DNA of 64,000 nt from Longimicrobiales bacterium (GTDB lineage: Bacteria > Gemmatimonadota > Gemmatimonadetes > Longimicrobiales > Gaopeijiaceae): contig OZ244037.1 in NCBI GenBank assembly GCA_965215065.1, positions 3,779,371 through 3,843,370 on the forward strand, written 5' to 3'. A program made the position numbers and the translations under genes. Shown here in pieces: positions 27,889 to 40,303 of this stretch. The notes below the pieces were generated by a model. The model had not been told where the DNA came from and did not search any database. It worked only from the letters and a program-made list of their open reading frames with translations. Every line of letters begins with the position of its first letter. The first letter of the stretch is position 1.

Positions 27889-28437
27889 CTACCCGTCAAG
27901 GGGGGCTCCGACCGCTGCGGTCACGTTTGAGCTTCCGGATGGTGGTGCCGGTGTGCCATCGCCAGTCGGCCGTGCATGTGTTCCACGCCAAGCCAAGCGA
28001 TCCTCGGCTGCGTGCTCAGACTCAAGCGCCCGCAGGGGTATTCGAGCGATGAGCGAACGATCGCACTTTCGCATGACGACCGCGTTCTCTCCGTCCATGA
28101 CGAAGAAGTGGCCACCGTCTGCCGGCAGCATTTCACGCGCCATGACCATCTCGATCGCCTGCTGATCGGTCGCCGCAGCTCCGGTATCGCAGTCTCCCCC
28201 ATGAGCCTGACACCAGTGGTCGTCCGGGGTACCTTGCTGTGCGCAGTCCGCAGAGCCTCCGTGCGCGCCCTTGCACTTGGAGCTGTCCTCATCGAAGGAA
28301 CTGGGGCCGCATACCACGCATTCGCCGATTGTCGGCTGCGCCGCACCCACGACGGGACTTGCCGCCAGCAGCGCGCCGAAGAGCAGAGGCACGGCAACGA
28401 TGGTGGTGGACAGGGGATTATGGGTCGTGTCCCTCAT
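27889..28437 (-). CDS. Cys-rich secreted protein, unknown family
   Basis: Internal ATG 28437 is preceded by GGGAGGA 8 nt upstream. 182 aa with a signal peptide (TTIVAVPLLFGALLAASPVVGAAQ). Cys-rich head: GECVVCGPSSFDEDSSKCKGAHGGSADCAQQGTPDDHWCQAHGGDCD. Confidence 0.65.
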   Translation of the reverse strand: MRDTTHNPLSTTIVAVPLLFGALLAASPVVGAAQPTIGECVVCGPSSFDEDSSKCKGAHGGSADCAQQGTPDDHWCQAHGGDCDTGAAATDQQAIEMVMAREMLPADGGHFFVMDGENAVVMRKCDRSLIARIPLRALESEHAAEDRLAWRGTHARPTGDGTPAPPSGSSNVTAAVGAPLDG

Positions 28438-28562
28438 GGAAGCATCCTCCCTATGGGGATTTGGTTTCGCCGCCTTGTGTCCGTAGGGGCGGCAGGCTCC
28501 AACAACATGAACGATCATACTGTAACCTCCGACGACCTTCGACGCCAGTCGACCACACAGCG

Positions 28563-29078
28563 CTATCGCCCCGCACCGCCCTGCATCTTTCGCCACTTCT
28601 TGAGGAGGATCCCCCGCTTCAGCGGTGACAGCCGGTCGATGAAGAGCACGCCGTCGAGATGATCGACCTCGTGCTGGAGAGCCCGGGCCAGCATCCCGTC
28701 GGCCTCGATGCGCACGGCGTCTCCATCCAGAGAGACGGCGTCGACCGTGACGCGCACCGAACGGGTCACCTTCTCCTCGATCCCCGGAATGCTCAGGCAC
28801 CCTTCGGTCGCCTTGTCCGTCCGCCTGCTCGACTCGACGATGACCGGATTGATCAGCGCGTGCACGTGCCGGCTCTCGTCCTCGTTCGTGACATCGGCGA
28901 CGACGATACGCCGCGACACCCCCACCTGCGGCCCCGCCAAGCCGATCCCCTCGGCCTGATACATCGTGTCGAACATGTCGCGGGCCAGACGCCGCACCTC
29001 GTCGGTGACCTCCTCGACGGGCTCCGCCGTCCTGCGCAGAACCTTCGCGCCCATGATCTCGATATCCAGCATTGCCAC
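28563..29078 (-). CDS. def: Peptide deformylase
   Basis: 171 aa with GIGLAGPQVG, EGCLSIPG and HEVDHLDG, the three PDF motifs. Start is GTG 29078 or ATG 29072. Confidence 0.95.
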   Translation of the reverse strand: MAMLDIEIMGAKVLRRTAEPVEEVTDEVRRLARDMFDTMYQAEGIGLAGPQVGVSRRIVVADVTNEDESRHVHALINPVIVESSRRTDKATEGCLSIPGIEEKVTRSVRVTVDAVSLDGDAVRIEADGMLARALQHEVDHLDGVLFIDRLSPLKRGILLKKWRKMQGGAGR

Positions 29079-29109
29079 GGAAACGCTCGCTCCGCCAGCC
29101 CGCGGGCCG

Positions 29110-32763
<3,654 letters not shown>

Positions 32764-32836
32764 TGACCGATCCGGTACGGCATCGCCGCGCCGGCATCGG
32801 CGGGATCACCGCATCTGCCGTCCCGGCCTGGCTTTG

Positions 32837-33433
32837 TCATCGGCTGCGACCGCGCTGCGACAGCACCTGCCGTATGATTTCCTCGGTGCTGTCGAAGGTG
32901 GACTGCTTCATCGCGTCGCGCACCGCCGCATGGGCATCCGTGAAGCTGTAGCCGAGACTCGCCAGACCGGTCACCGCCTCGCCCGCCAAACCGGAATCGA
33001 GGTCTTCGTCCTCGGTCACCAGCGCGAGCTCGCGGACCTTGTCGGCCAGCTCGAGAATGAGCCGGGCCGCGGTCTTCTTCCCCAGGCCGCCGACCTGCAC
33101 GAGGACCGGAACATCCTTCTCTGCCAGAGCGCGGGCCAGCCGCCGCGCATCGTAGGTGCTCAGCATGGAGATCGCCAGGCGGGGACCCACCATCCGCACG
33201 GTCATGAGCAGCCGGAAGAGCGCTCGTTCAGCCTCTTCGAGGAAGCCGTAGAGGCTCGGAACATCGTCGCGCACCACATACTCCGTCCGCAGCTCGAGCG
33301 TCGATCCCTCGGCGGGCAGGCGTTGGACGACCGTAAGGGGAACGTGGATCTCGTAGACGACCCCGCCCGAGGTGAGCACCTCGACCCGACCGACCTCGCT
33401 GCCGAGAAGCTCGCCCCTGACGCGGCTGATCAC
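32837..33433 (-). CDS. ruvA: Holliday junction DNA-binding protein RuvA
   Basis: GTG 33433 overlaps the ruvC stop (GTGA). 198 aa starting (V)ISRVRGEL, with LYGF, the helix-hairpin-helix region GVGPRLA-like MVGPRLAISML, and GLGKKTAARLILEL. Confidence 0.9.
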   Translation of the reverse strand: MISRVRGELLGSEVGRVEVLTSGGVVYEIHVPLTVVQRLPAEGSTLELRTEYVVRDDVPSLYGFLEEAERALFRLLMTVRMVGPRLAISMLSTYDARRLARALAEKDVPVLVQVGGLGKKTAARLILELADKVRELALVTEDEDLDSGLAGEAVTGLASLGYSFTDAHAAVRDAMKQSTFDSTEEIIRQVLSQRGRSR

Positions 33434-34032
33434 GGCACCCCCGCAGTGCGGGCCGGACGGAGCGGCAGTGTTCCATGGAATGCGTGGCAAAGCGCGGCAG
33501 CGACGCCGTCGGCCGCGTCGCTGGGCGCCGGGTCGGTGCGGAGGCGAAGGTGGCGGCGCACCATGTATGCGACCTGATCCTTCGTCGCCGCGCCCGTTCC
33601 CACCACGGCCTTCTTGATCTCGCGCGGCGCGTACTCCGCCACCTCGATCCCGCGCTGCGCCGCCGCCACGATGATCGCGCCCCGGGCCTGGCCCAGCGTA
33701 AGCGCGCTGCGCACGTTCTTCCCGTAGAACGTGCTCTCGATGGACAGCGCCGCCGGCGAGAACTCATCGATCAGAGCGGCCACGCCGTCATGGATCTCCA
33801 TCAGCCGCAGCGCGAGCGCCGACTTCGGCGATGTCCGGATCACCCCGCACCGGAGCAGCGCCGCCCGCCGCCGTGCGCCCACGGAGACGACGCCGAATCC
33901 CGTGACGGCGGTGCCCGGGTCGATCCCCAGCAGCACGCACCTCCCGTCGCCGCCGTCCGCGCTCCCGGCACCTGCACCGACGGCACCTGCGCCGACAGCG
34001 ACTCGTCCGCTCACAGCGTCCGCACGAGTCAC
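33430..34032 (-). CDS. ruvC: Crossover junction endodeoxyribonuclease RuvC
   Basis: 200 aa with LLGIDPGTAVTGFGVV, ALSIESTFYGKNV, EYAPREIKKAVVGTGAATKDQV and SDAADGVAAALCH. GTG 34032 overlaps the yebC stop (GTGA). Gly/Ala-rich N-terminal extension. Confidence 0.9.
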   Translation of the reverse strand: MTRADAVSGRVAVGAGAVGAGAGSADGGDGRCVLLGIDPGTAVTGFGVVSVGARRRAALLRCGVIRTSPKSALALRLMEIHDGVAALIDEFSPAALSIESTFYGKNVRSALTLGQARGAIIVAAAQRGIEVAEYAPREIKKAVVGTGAATKDQVAYMVRRHLRLRTDPAPSDAADGVAAALCHAFHGTLPLRPARTAGVP

Positions 34033-34775
34033 AGCGCCCGCGCAAGCACCGAATCGTCCAGATCGGCGTTGGAGTGCACCTGCTGGATGTCGTCGTGATC
34101 GTCGAGGGCGTTGAGCAACCTGAGGAGGCGCTCACCTTCCCGGCCCGCCACCTCGACCTCGTTCTTCGCCACCATCGTGAGCTGTGCCGAGGCGACCGCC
34201 AGCCCCGCCGCCGCCAGCGCCTCGCGCACGTCGTGCAGAGATCCGGCCTCGGTGGTCACCACGTATTCGCCGCCCTCGCTCGACACGTCGTCCGCCCCGC
34301 CCTCGACCGCGGCTTCGAAGACGGTGTCCTCGTCGACCCCGGATCCGGCCACGTAGATGACTCCCCTGCGGTCGAACTGCCACGCCACCGAGCCGGCCGT
34401 GCCCAGGTTCCCCCCGTTCTTGTCGAGCAGGTGACGCACCGCGGCCACAGTGCGCTTCTGGTTGTCCGTCAGGGTCTCGATGTACAGGGCGACGCCGCCG
34501 GGTCCGTACCCCTCGTAGACGATTTCCTCGTAGGCGACCCCTTCGAGCTCGCCGGTTCCCCGCTTGACGGCTCGTTCGATGTTCTCCTGGGGCATGTTCG
34601 CGGCCTTGGCCGCGTCGACCGCGAGCCTCAGCCGGGAGTTGAAGTTCGGGTCCCCCCCGCCCTCGCGCGCAGCGACGGTGAGCTCGCGGATGACCTTCGT
34701 GAACATCTGGCCGCGCTTCTGATCATTGACCGCCTTCTTCCGCTTGATCTGCGACCACTTGCTGTGTCCCGCCAC
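34029..34775 (-). CDS. yebC: YebC/PmpR (TACO1) family transcriptional/translational regulator
   Basis: GTG 34775 is preceded by GGAGGG 5 nt upstream. 248 aa starting (V)AGHSKWSQIKRKKA, the invariant family N-terminus. The track ORF extends further upstream. Confidence 0.92.
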   Translation of the reverse strand: MAGHSKWSQIKRKKAVNDQKRGQMFTKVIRELTVAAREGGGDPNFNSRLRLAVDAAKAANMPQENIERAVKRGTGELEGVAYEEIVYEGYGPGGVALYIETLTDNQKRTVAAVRHLLDKNGGNLGTAGSVAWQFDRRGVIYVAGSGVDEDTVFEAAVEGGADDVSSEGGEYVVTTEAGSLHDVREALAAAGLAVASAQLTMVAKNEVEVAGREGERLLRLLNALDDHDDIQQVHSNADLDDSVLARAL

Positions 34776-34791
34776 AGCTTCCCTCCATTGC

Positions 34792-34822
34792 GGGGAGTGC
34801 TTGAACCGGGGGAGTGCTTGAA
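34792..34822. promoter_or_regulatory. Direct repeat ggggagtgcttgaa x2 (17-bp period) in the divergent yebC / 34924 promoter region
   Basis: Read directly, 17-47 bp upstream of the yebC GTG. An AT-rich tract (aaacataatc...gatattatagg) follows. Function is unproven. Confidence 0.3.
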
Positions 34823-34923
34823 ACATAATCCGGTGCACCGAAGGAACGATATTATAGGTTAAGGGGTTCGATCTCCGAGAGTCCCCCGTCGCCGCGCAAG
34901 ACTTCCTCCGGCTTGGTTTCAGC

Positions 34924-36342
34924 ATGCGTATCAAGTGTCGAAATCTCCTCCCGTCCGAGTCCGGGGTCCGCATCTACCCGCTGCTTTGCGCCGCGGCCGG
35001 TCTCGCGGCCGCTCCCGCGGCCACGTCCCTGCCGCCCCTGCGCGCCGAGGCCCTGGGGGCTCAGGAAACCGGAGCGGCGACCGGGACGGTCGTCGGACTC
35101 GTCTACGACAGCACCACAAGCACCCCGTTGGCGGACGCTCGCGTCGCGGTCTACGGCACCAACGCCTTCACCGAATCGGACGAAGAGGGACAGTTCAGGC
35201 TCGACGACGTTCCGGTCGGGGAGCACACCGTGGTGTTTTTTCACCAGCGGCTGGGGACGCTCGGCGTCACCGCGGCTCCCCGACAGGTCGTGGTCGCAGA
35301 CCAGTCCGTATCCGAAGTCTATCTCACCGTGCCGTCCCGTTCGACGATCCTGTCCGGGTGGTGTTCGGTCGAGCCGGGAGAAGGCGACGCCTCCGTCGGC
35401 GGCGTCGTGACCGACGCTCTGACGGGCGTGCCGCTGCCCCGGGCCAAGGTGACCGCTTTCGGGGAAGCCTCCGGGGTCCTTCAGAGACGCCGCGTGGTCC
35501 GGGACGTGCGTACCGGGAGCTCGGGCGAGTTCCGGATGTGCCACCTTGACTCGTCGGAGTCGCTCACCGTCACAGTCGTCTTCGGAACCAACGAGGCGAT
35601 GCCCTTCGACATCACCCGTTCCGGCGCGCAGGTCCGGGACGTGCCCATCCATATTTCCGACCCGGTCACGATCACCGGTTCGGTCATCGATTACGCCACG
35701 CGTGCGCCCATCCCGGGGGCGCATGTCCAGCTCGTCGGTTCCAGCCATGCGGAGTTCGCCGATTCGGCGGGAGCCTTCGGGTTTGTCGGCGTGCCGCCGG
35801 GCAGGCAGATCATCGAAACGACTTTTCTGGGCTACTCGCCGCGGGTCGATTCTCTGACGGTCTTCAGCAACGAGGCCCTGGGCCTGGAGATCCTGCTCGC
35901 CACCGAGGCCATCGCCTTGGAGCCGCTCGTCGTGACCGGCCGCAGGCGGGACAGGGTGTTCACGACCCCGGGAACCCGTTTCTCCGGGCTCACCGAGGCG
36001 CAGGTGGACTCGATCATCCCCCGCGTGCTGGACTTCCCCTCGCTGGCGCGCGCTGCCCGCATGCCCGGGCTGTCGGTCACGGAGAAGCCGATGGCCACCG
36101 CCTTCGGCGATGTCCAGATGGGCGTCTGCGTCGAGATGCAGCGCAACCGCGGCGGCAATCCCAATGCCTGCAACATGGTGGAAGTCAGGATCAACGACGG
36201 CCCCGTGGTGGACCCCGGCTTCTTTCTCCTCGATCTCAACCCGCAGGATGTCGCCAGCATCCAGTTCATCACGCCCATCGAAGCCGGGCTCCTGTACGGA
36301 ACCCGGGGGGCGAACGGCGTGCTGCTGATCTACACGCGGTAG
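34924..36342 (+). CDS. Carboxypeptidase-regulatory-like domain repeats plus TonB-receptor plug-like C-terminus, no beta-barrel
   Basis: 472 aa with a signal peptide. Three CarbopepD_reg-like units: GTVVGLVYDSTTSTPLADARV, GGVVTDALTGVPLPRAKV, ITGSVIDYATRAPIPGAHV. The C-terminus ends in the plug motif AGLLYGTRGANGVLLIYTR. Confidence 0.7.
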   Translation: MRIKCRNLLPSESGVRIYPLLCAAAGLAAAPAATSLPPLRAEALGAQETGAATGTVVGLVYDSTTSTPLADARVAVYGTNAFTESDEEGQFRLDDVPVGEHTVVFFHQRLGTLGVTAAPRQVVVADQSVSEVYLTVPSRSTILSGWCSVEPGEGDASVGGVVTDALTGVPLPRAKVTAFGEASGVLQRRRVVRDVRTGSSGEFRMCHLDSSESLTVTVVFGTNEAMPFDITRSGAQVRDVPIHISDPVTITGSVIDYATRAPIPGAHVQLVGSSHAEFADSAGAFGFVGVPPGRQIIETTFLGYSPRVDSLTVFSNEALGLEILLATEAIALEPLVVTGRRRDRVFTTPGTRFSGLTEAQVDSIIPRVLDFPSLARAARMPGLSVTEKPMATAFGDVQMGVCVEMQRNRGGNPNACNMVEVRINDGPVVDPGFFLLDLNPQDVASIQFITPIEAGLLYGTRGANGVLLIYTR

Positions 36343-36345
36343 CAG

Positions 36346-36360
36346 CCCGTGGATTAATCC
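36346..36360. repeat. Half-copy of the cccgtggattaatcc element
   Basis: Identical 15-mer to 41504-41518, located 4 nt after the stop of the plus-strand gene at a convergent junction. The second arm is degenerate (ggattcgtgaccgg at about 36398). Confidence 0.4.
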
Positions 36361-36420
36361 GTCGCCGTCTCGGCGGTCTTCATGAGCGGGCGTCGGGCGG
36401 ATTCGTGACCGGAATTTTCG

Positions 36421-37416
36421 TCAATCCGGAGAATACCCGCCAAGCTCGAGGTCGTCGGCGTACCTCTTTCGGAGCAATGCCTTGTTCCGATCGGTCAGGC
36501 AGGCTTCCATCACCTCCGCCCGAGCTGTCTTCAGCGTGTCCGGCGACGCCTGCCACCCGGCCATCGTGTTCAACAACGGCAGCGCCGGCACCGGCATGCC
36601 GAGCCGCACCGCAACCCGGTGCATATCTTCTTCAAGGTGCTCGAAGCGGCCGACGAAGTCGGGCGGGCCGTCCCCGCTGCGTATCTGAACATGCTGGGAA
36701 CGGAAGTGCCGATCGGCGAACGCGTCCGAGCCGTAGGGCGTGTTCAGCCATCGGCAGACTCCGTCGAAGCTCTCTGCCCGCTCCAGTCCGTAGTAACGGT
36801 GGAAGAAGTACCGGCTCTTCTCTGCCTTGTGCCGACCGCTCGCCGCGTCGGCGAGAGTCCACCCGGTTGACACGGCTCGACCGGCGACCGGATCGAAGTA
36901 GCGCACTTGGTTCTTCCCCTCGTAGAGATGGTACTGGTCCGCATAGATGCGAGGTGCGGAAAAAACCTCCCGATGCCACGAAATCGTCCGGTGGAAGGGA
37001 TGCCTGATGAACGCAACGCGGTAGTAGTCCTTCACTTCCGGATGCGCCGCGCAGATTTCCCGGACGGGTGTGTCCAGCCATTGCGCATCGGGGTCCGCAT
37101 CGCGCAGCACCGCCTTGATGCTCCTCGAAGCAACCTTCGCCGTTAGCAGCCACAGGAACCGGTAGCGGCGGGAGATGACCATCTCGGCGGATATCGGCCT
37201 CTGCAACACGGTGCGCACCACATGTCGCACGTCGTCGAACGCCGACCGCGACAACGCGTCGGCGATGTCCTTGGCGATGATCGGATGCCGCGCAAGGGCA
37301 GACAGCGCTTTCGGCCATGCCCCCAACAGGACGCGAACTTGCTTGATGCGCGACATTCGACGTTGACTTGATGTCTTGGACACTTGCCTCGAGAGGGAAG
37401 ACGCGAGGGATTTCAT
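36421..37416 (-). CDS. Sulfotransferase family 2-like protein
   Basis: 331 aa with FLWLLTAKVASRSIKAVL (PAPS 5-prime phosphosulfate-binding-type block) and AFIRHPFHRTISW (the RxPxxRxxS block of Sulfotransfer_2). Two hand-counted lines give about 57-58% G+C, lower than neighbouring genes. Confidence 0.7.
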   Translation of the reverse strand: MKSLASSLSRQVSKTSSQRRMSRIKQVRVLLGAWPKALSALARHPIIAKDIADALSRSAFDDVRHVVRTVLQRPISAEMVISRRYRFLWLLTAKVASRSIKAVLRDADPDAQWLDTPVREICAAHPEVKDYYRVAFIRHPFHRTISWHREVFSAPRIYADQYHLYEGKNQVRYFDPVAGRAVSTGWTLADAASGRHKAEKSRYFFHRYYGLERAESFDGVCRWLNTPYGSDAFADRHFRSQHVQIRSGDGPPDFVGRFEHLEEDMHRVAVRLGMPVPALPLLNTMAGWQASPDTLKTARAEVMEACLTDRNKALLRKRYADDLELGGYSPD

Positions 37417-37426
37417 CCACTGGCTG

Positions 37427-39520
37427 CTAGGCCCGCTCCGCGGCCTCCGCCACGATCTTCTCCGCCCGCATCGGCGGCACCAGGTCGTAGCCCAGCATCT
37501 TTCGCCGATGGTGGCCCCTCCCCTGCGTGATCGAACGCAGCGCGGACGCGTACTTGTACAGCTCCGCCTCGGCGACCAAAGCCCGGATCACCGTGTTGCC
37601 GCCCAGAGGATCCATGCCGAGCACTCGGGCGGAACGCCCGTTCAGGTCGCCCATGATGTCGCCGACGTACTCGTCGGGCGCGGTCACCTTCACCTCGATG
37701 ATCGGCTCCAGGAGTGCCGGCCTGGCCTTCTCCGCCACGTTTCTGAACGCGTACGACCCCGCCACCTTGAACGCGATGTCCGACGAGTCCACCGAATGAT
37801 AGGATCCGTCGTAGCACTCGGCCTCGAAGTCCACCACCGGATACCCGGCGAGAACCCCTTTTGCGGCGGCCTCCTGAATACCCCGGTCCACCGACGGAAT
37901 GTACTTCGTCGGAATCACGCCGCCCTTGATCGAGCTGACGAATTCGTAGCCCTCGCCCCGGTCCTTGGGCCGGAGCCTGACCCAGCAGTCGCCGAACTGG
38001 CCCCTCCCGCCCGTCTGCCTCTTGAAACGACCCTGCCCTTCCGCGGGCGCCGTAACCGTCTCGCGGTACGCGATCCTGGGAGTCTCGGTCTCGACCGACA
38101 CGCCGTACTTCCGCTTCATCCGCTCGAAGTGCACCATGAAGTGAAGCTCGCCCATGCCGCGCACGATCGTCTGCCGCAATTCGGGATTGAATTCGGCGGT
38201 CAGCGTGGGGTCTTCGTCGTGCAGCCTGTTCAGCGCTTCGCCCAGCTTGTCCTCGTCCGCACGAGCGGCTCCCCGGACCGCAACCGCGATGTCGGGGCGC
38301 GGAAACTCCACGGATTCCAGCGTCACCGGGGTTCCCGCCGCCGCGAGAGTGTCGTTGGTGCGCGTGGACTTGAGCTTGGCGACGACACCGATGTCGCCCG
38401 CGTGCAGGGCCTCCGCCTCCACGCGTTCCTTCGCCTGAGGAATGGCCAGATGATTGATGCGCTCGGTGGTTCCCTGCCGCGTGTTACGGAGCTCGGAACC
38501 GTTGACGACCATTCCCGAGTAGACCCGGAAGAGGGAAAGCTCACCCACATGCGGTTCGGTGCTCGTCTTGAACACGAGGGCGGTCGCGCTCTCGTCGGGA
38601 GCCGGACGAAGCGCCGCCGGCTCGCCGTCGGCTCCGACCGCCTCGATCTCGCCGGCCTGGCCCGGGTGCGGAACCAGGTCCACGATTCCCTGCGCCAGCT
38701 CGCGCACCCCGAAGGACTGCTCCGCCGCGCCGCAGAACACCGGCACCACCTCTCCCTGCGCCATCGCCCCGGCCATGGCTTCGAGCAGCTCCCCGACTGC
38801 GATCTCCTCGCCCTCGAGGTAGCGGTCCAGCAGCTCCTCGTCCGCGGTCGCGAGCGTCAGCGTGTCCATGAGCTCCGTCGTCCACGTTTCGACATCGTCC
38901 GCCACCTCGTCGGGCACGGGAGTCTCTTCGTACTCTCCGGTGATCGTGCCGGACTTGTAGATGCGGGCTCTGCCCGTGAACAGGTCAACGACTCCACGGA
39001 AGCTGCTGTCGGCCCCGATGGGGATCTGCACGGGGACCGCACCGGGAGCCAGCTTCTCCTTCAGCTCCTCGAAGGCGCCCGCGAAGTCGGCATGAGCCTT
39101 GTCCATCATGGAGATGAAGGCCATGCGCGGGAGTCGGCGCTTTTCGCAAAGCTCCCACACCAGCTCGGTCCCCACCTCCACGCCCGCCGAAGCCCCCACG
39201 GTGATCATGGCGGCATCGGCGACCCGCACGCCCGCAGTGGCCTCGCCGATGAAATCCATGTAGCCGGGAGTGTCGAGCAGGTTGATCTTCGTCCCCCCCC
39301 GGATGGCGTGGGCCACCGTCAATTCGAGGGACATCCCGTGCGCCTTCTCCTCCGGCGTCGTCATCGTCAGCGCCGAACCGTCCCCCGCGCTGCCTTTCCG
39401 GCGGGATGTCCCCGAAGCGAAGCACAGCGCGTCGATCAGGGTCGTCTTGCCCGATCCGCCGTGTCCGAGAACCACCACGTTGCGGATGTCGTCCGTTCTG
39501 AAAGACCTGGCACCGGCCAT
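37427..39520 (-). CDS. Elongation factor G-like GTPase (EF-G paralog, not in an rpsL-rpsG-fusA context)
   Basis: 697 aa with the G-domain motifs GHGGSGKTTL, DTPGYMDF and SMMDK, then EF-G domains II-V. Strong SD AGGAGGTGGC precedes ATG 39520. Confidence 0.9.
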   Translation of the reverse strand: MAGARSFRTDDIRNVVVLGHGGSGKTTLIDALCFASGTSRRKGSAGDGSALTMTTPEEKAHGMSLELTVAHAIRGGTKINLLDTPGYMDFIGEATAGVRVADAAMITVGASAGVEVGTELVWELCEKRRLPRMAFISMMDKAHADFAGAFEELKEKLAPGAVPVQIPIGADSSFRGVVDLFTGRARIYKSGTITGEYEETPVPDEVADDVETWTTELMDTLTLATADEELLDRYLEGEEIAVGELLEAMAGAMAQGEVVPVFCGAAEQSFGVRELAQGIVDLVPHPGQAGEIEAVGADGEPAALRPAPDESATALVFKTSTEPHVGELSLFRVYSGMVVNGSELRNTRQGTTERINHLAIPQAKERVEAEALHAGDIGVVAKLKSTRTNDTLAAAGTPVTLESVEFPRPDIAVAVRGAARADEDKLGEALNRLHDEDPTLTAEFNPELRQTIVRGMGELHFMVHFERMKRKYGVSVETETPRIAYRETVTAPAEGQGRFKRQTGGRGQFGDCWVRLRPKDRGEGYEFVSSIKGGVIPTKYIPSVDRGIQEAAAKGVLAGYPVVDFEAECYDGSYHSVDSSDIAFKVAGSYAFRNVAEKARPALLEPIIEVKVTAPDEYVGDIMGDLNGRSARVLGMDPLGGNTVIRALVAEAELYKYASALRSITQGRGHHRRKMLGYDLVPPMRAEKIVAEAAERA

Positions 39521-40217
39521 GCCACCTCCTGTTTCGCGTTGTCGGCCGGTTGCCGGCCGCTCGATAACGGGCCACGCATTGTAGAAACCGCGTTACGGCA
39601 GGGTCAAGGCGCGACGGGCGGGATCGACCGGATAGCAGGCACTCGCGATCGCAGCCGTGAAGGCTGCCGGGGGGACCAACCGGCGTCGTAGCCTCGGGGG
39701 GTCGTCGATCTCGGGCCGCCGGCGAGGACTTTCGGGCGAGCGGGCGAGGGACCCGGAGAGACGGACCGCGACACTGTCCCCGCAGACGGCCTGCGAATCC
39801 CGACGAGTTCGGCCCCGGAGGCTGTTTGGGCGGCGTCACGGTCGGGGAGCGGATCGCGAGCTGGTGCGCCCCGTTCGTGTCTGCGGAGCCCGGCAAAGGG
39901 GGCTGGGTCTACATGATGGAGAACGGCTGCGGCTCTTCCTTTGGAACCTGAAGCATGTCGGGGGATGCCCATCCCGATGTTCCCCGAGTCATGATCAGCG
40001 TTCGGCCGCGGGTGTCGGGAACGCGGCAAGAAGTCGCTTGAGTGGCAGCCCCGGGCACGGAATTCCGGATCATCTTGGCCACCGTCCCCTCGGAGGACAT
40101 CCGGCGATTGCCGTATTAGATTAGATTGGAATAGGACGTGATGAAGTGAGATTCCACGCTACAAGCTCGGTCATGTCGCCGTCGGCACCGTTGCGGAGGT
40201 GACGCTCCGGGGGAGCA

Positions 40218-40256
40218 GCCGACGAAGGCGAGCACCGCCCGCCTCGCTTCGTCGGC
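40218..40256 (+). other. Imperfect 14-15-bp inverted repeat (gccgacgaaggcgag ... ctcgcttcgtcggc) in the methyltransferase leader
   Basis: Read directly. One bulged G and a 10-nt loop, 48 nt upstream of ATG 40304. No U-tract follows. Confidence 0.3.
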
Positions 40257-40303
40257 CTGTCCGACCCGGTTCTGGAGCTACGCCTAAGGAGACGCGCAAG
40301 AAA

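Larger units (their letters stand above)
23845..27945. repeat. Tandem triplication of a ~1.3-kb gene unit (P1, P2, P3 plus part of the upstream flank)
   Basis: Three head-to-tail units are readable by eye. About 125 bp upstream of P3 (27816-27940) recurs upstream of P1 (25078-25200). Confidence 0.85.

Noticed and set aside
28438-28562. Sigma-70-type promoter in the 125-nt spacer between def and the Cys-rich gene
   Set aside because: The spacer is more AT-rich (ttacagtatgatcgttcatgttgttgg on the minus strand). I could not place a convincing -35/-10 pair at correct spacing, so it is not reported as a feature.
34860-34895. tRNA-like T-loop sequence ggggttcgatctcc in the yebC upstream region
   Set aside because: The flanking bases do not form a T-stem, acceptor stem or anticodon arm on either strand. 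No cloverleaf can be drawn.
39661-39951. Open frame in the long intergenic gap with a protein-like C-terminal tail
   Set aside because: There is no ATG/GTG/TTG start giving more than ~41 codons, and no ribosome-binding site. The first half is Arg-rich junk. It is kept only as a possible gene remnant inside the gap finding.
39604-40124. Track ORFs 39604..40029 (minus) and 39657..40124 (plus) as genes
   Set aside because: Their Arg/Pro/Gly/Ser-dominated translations have no hydrophobic core periodicity, no SD and no recognisable motif.
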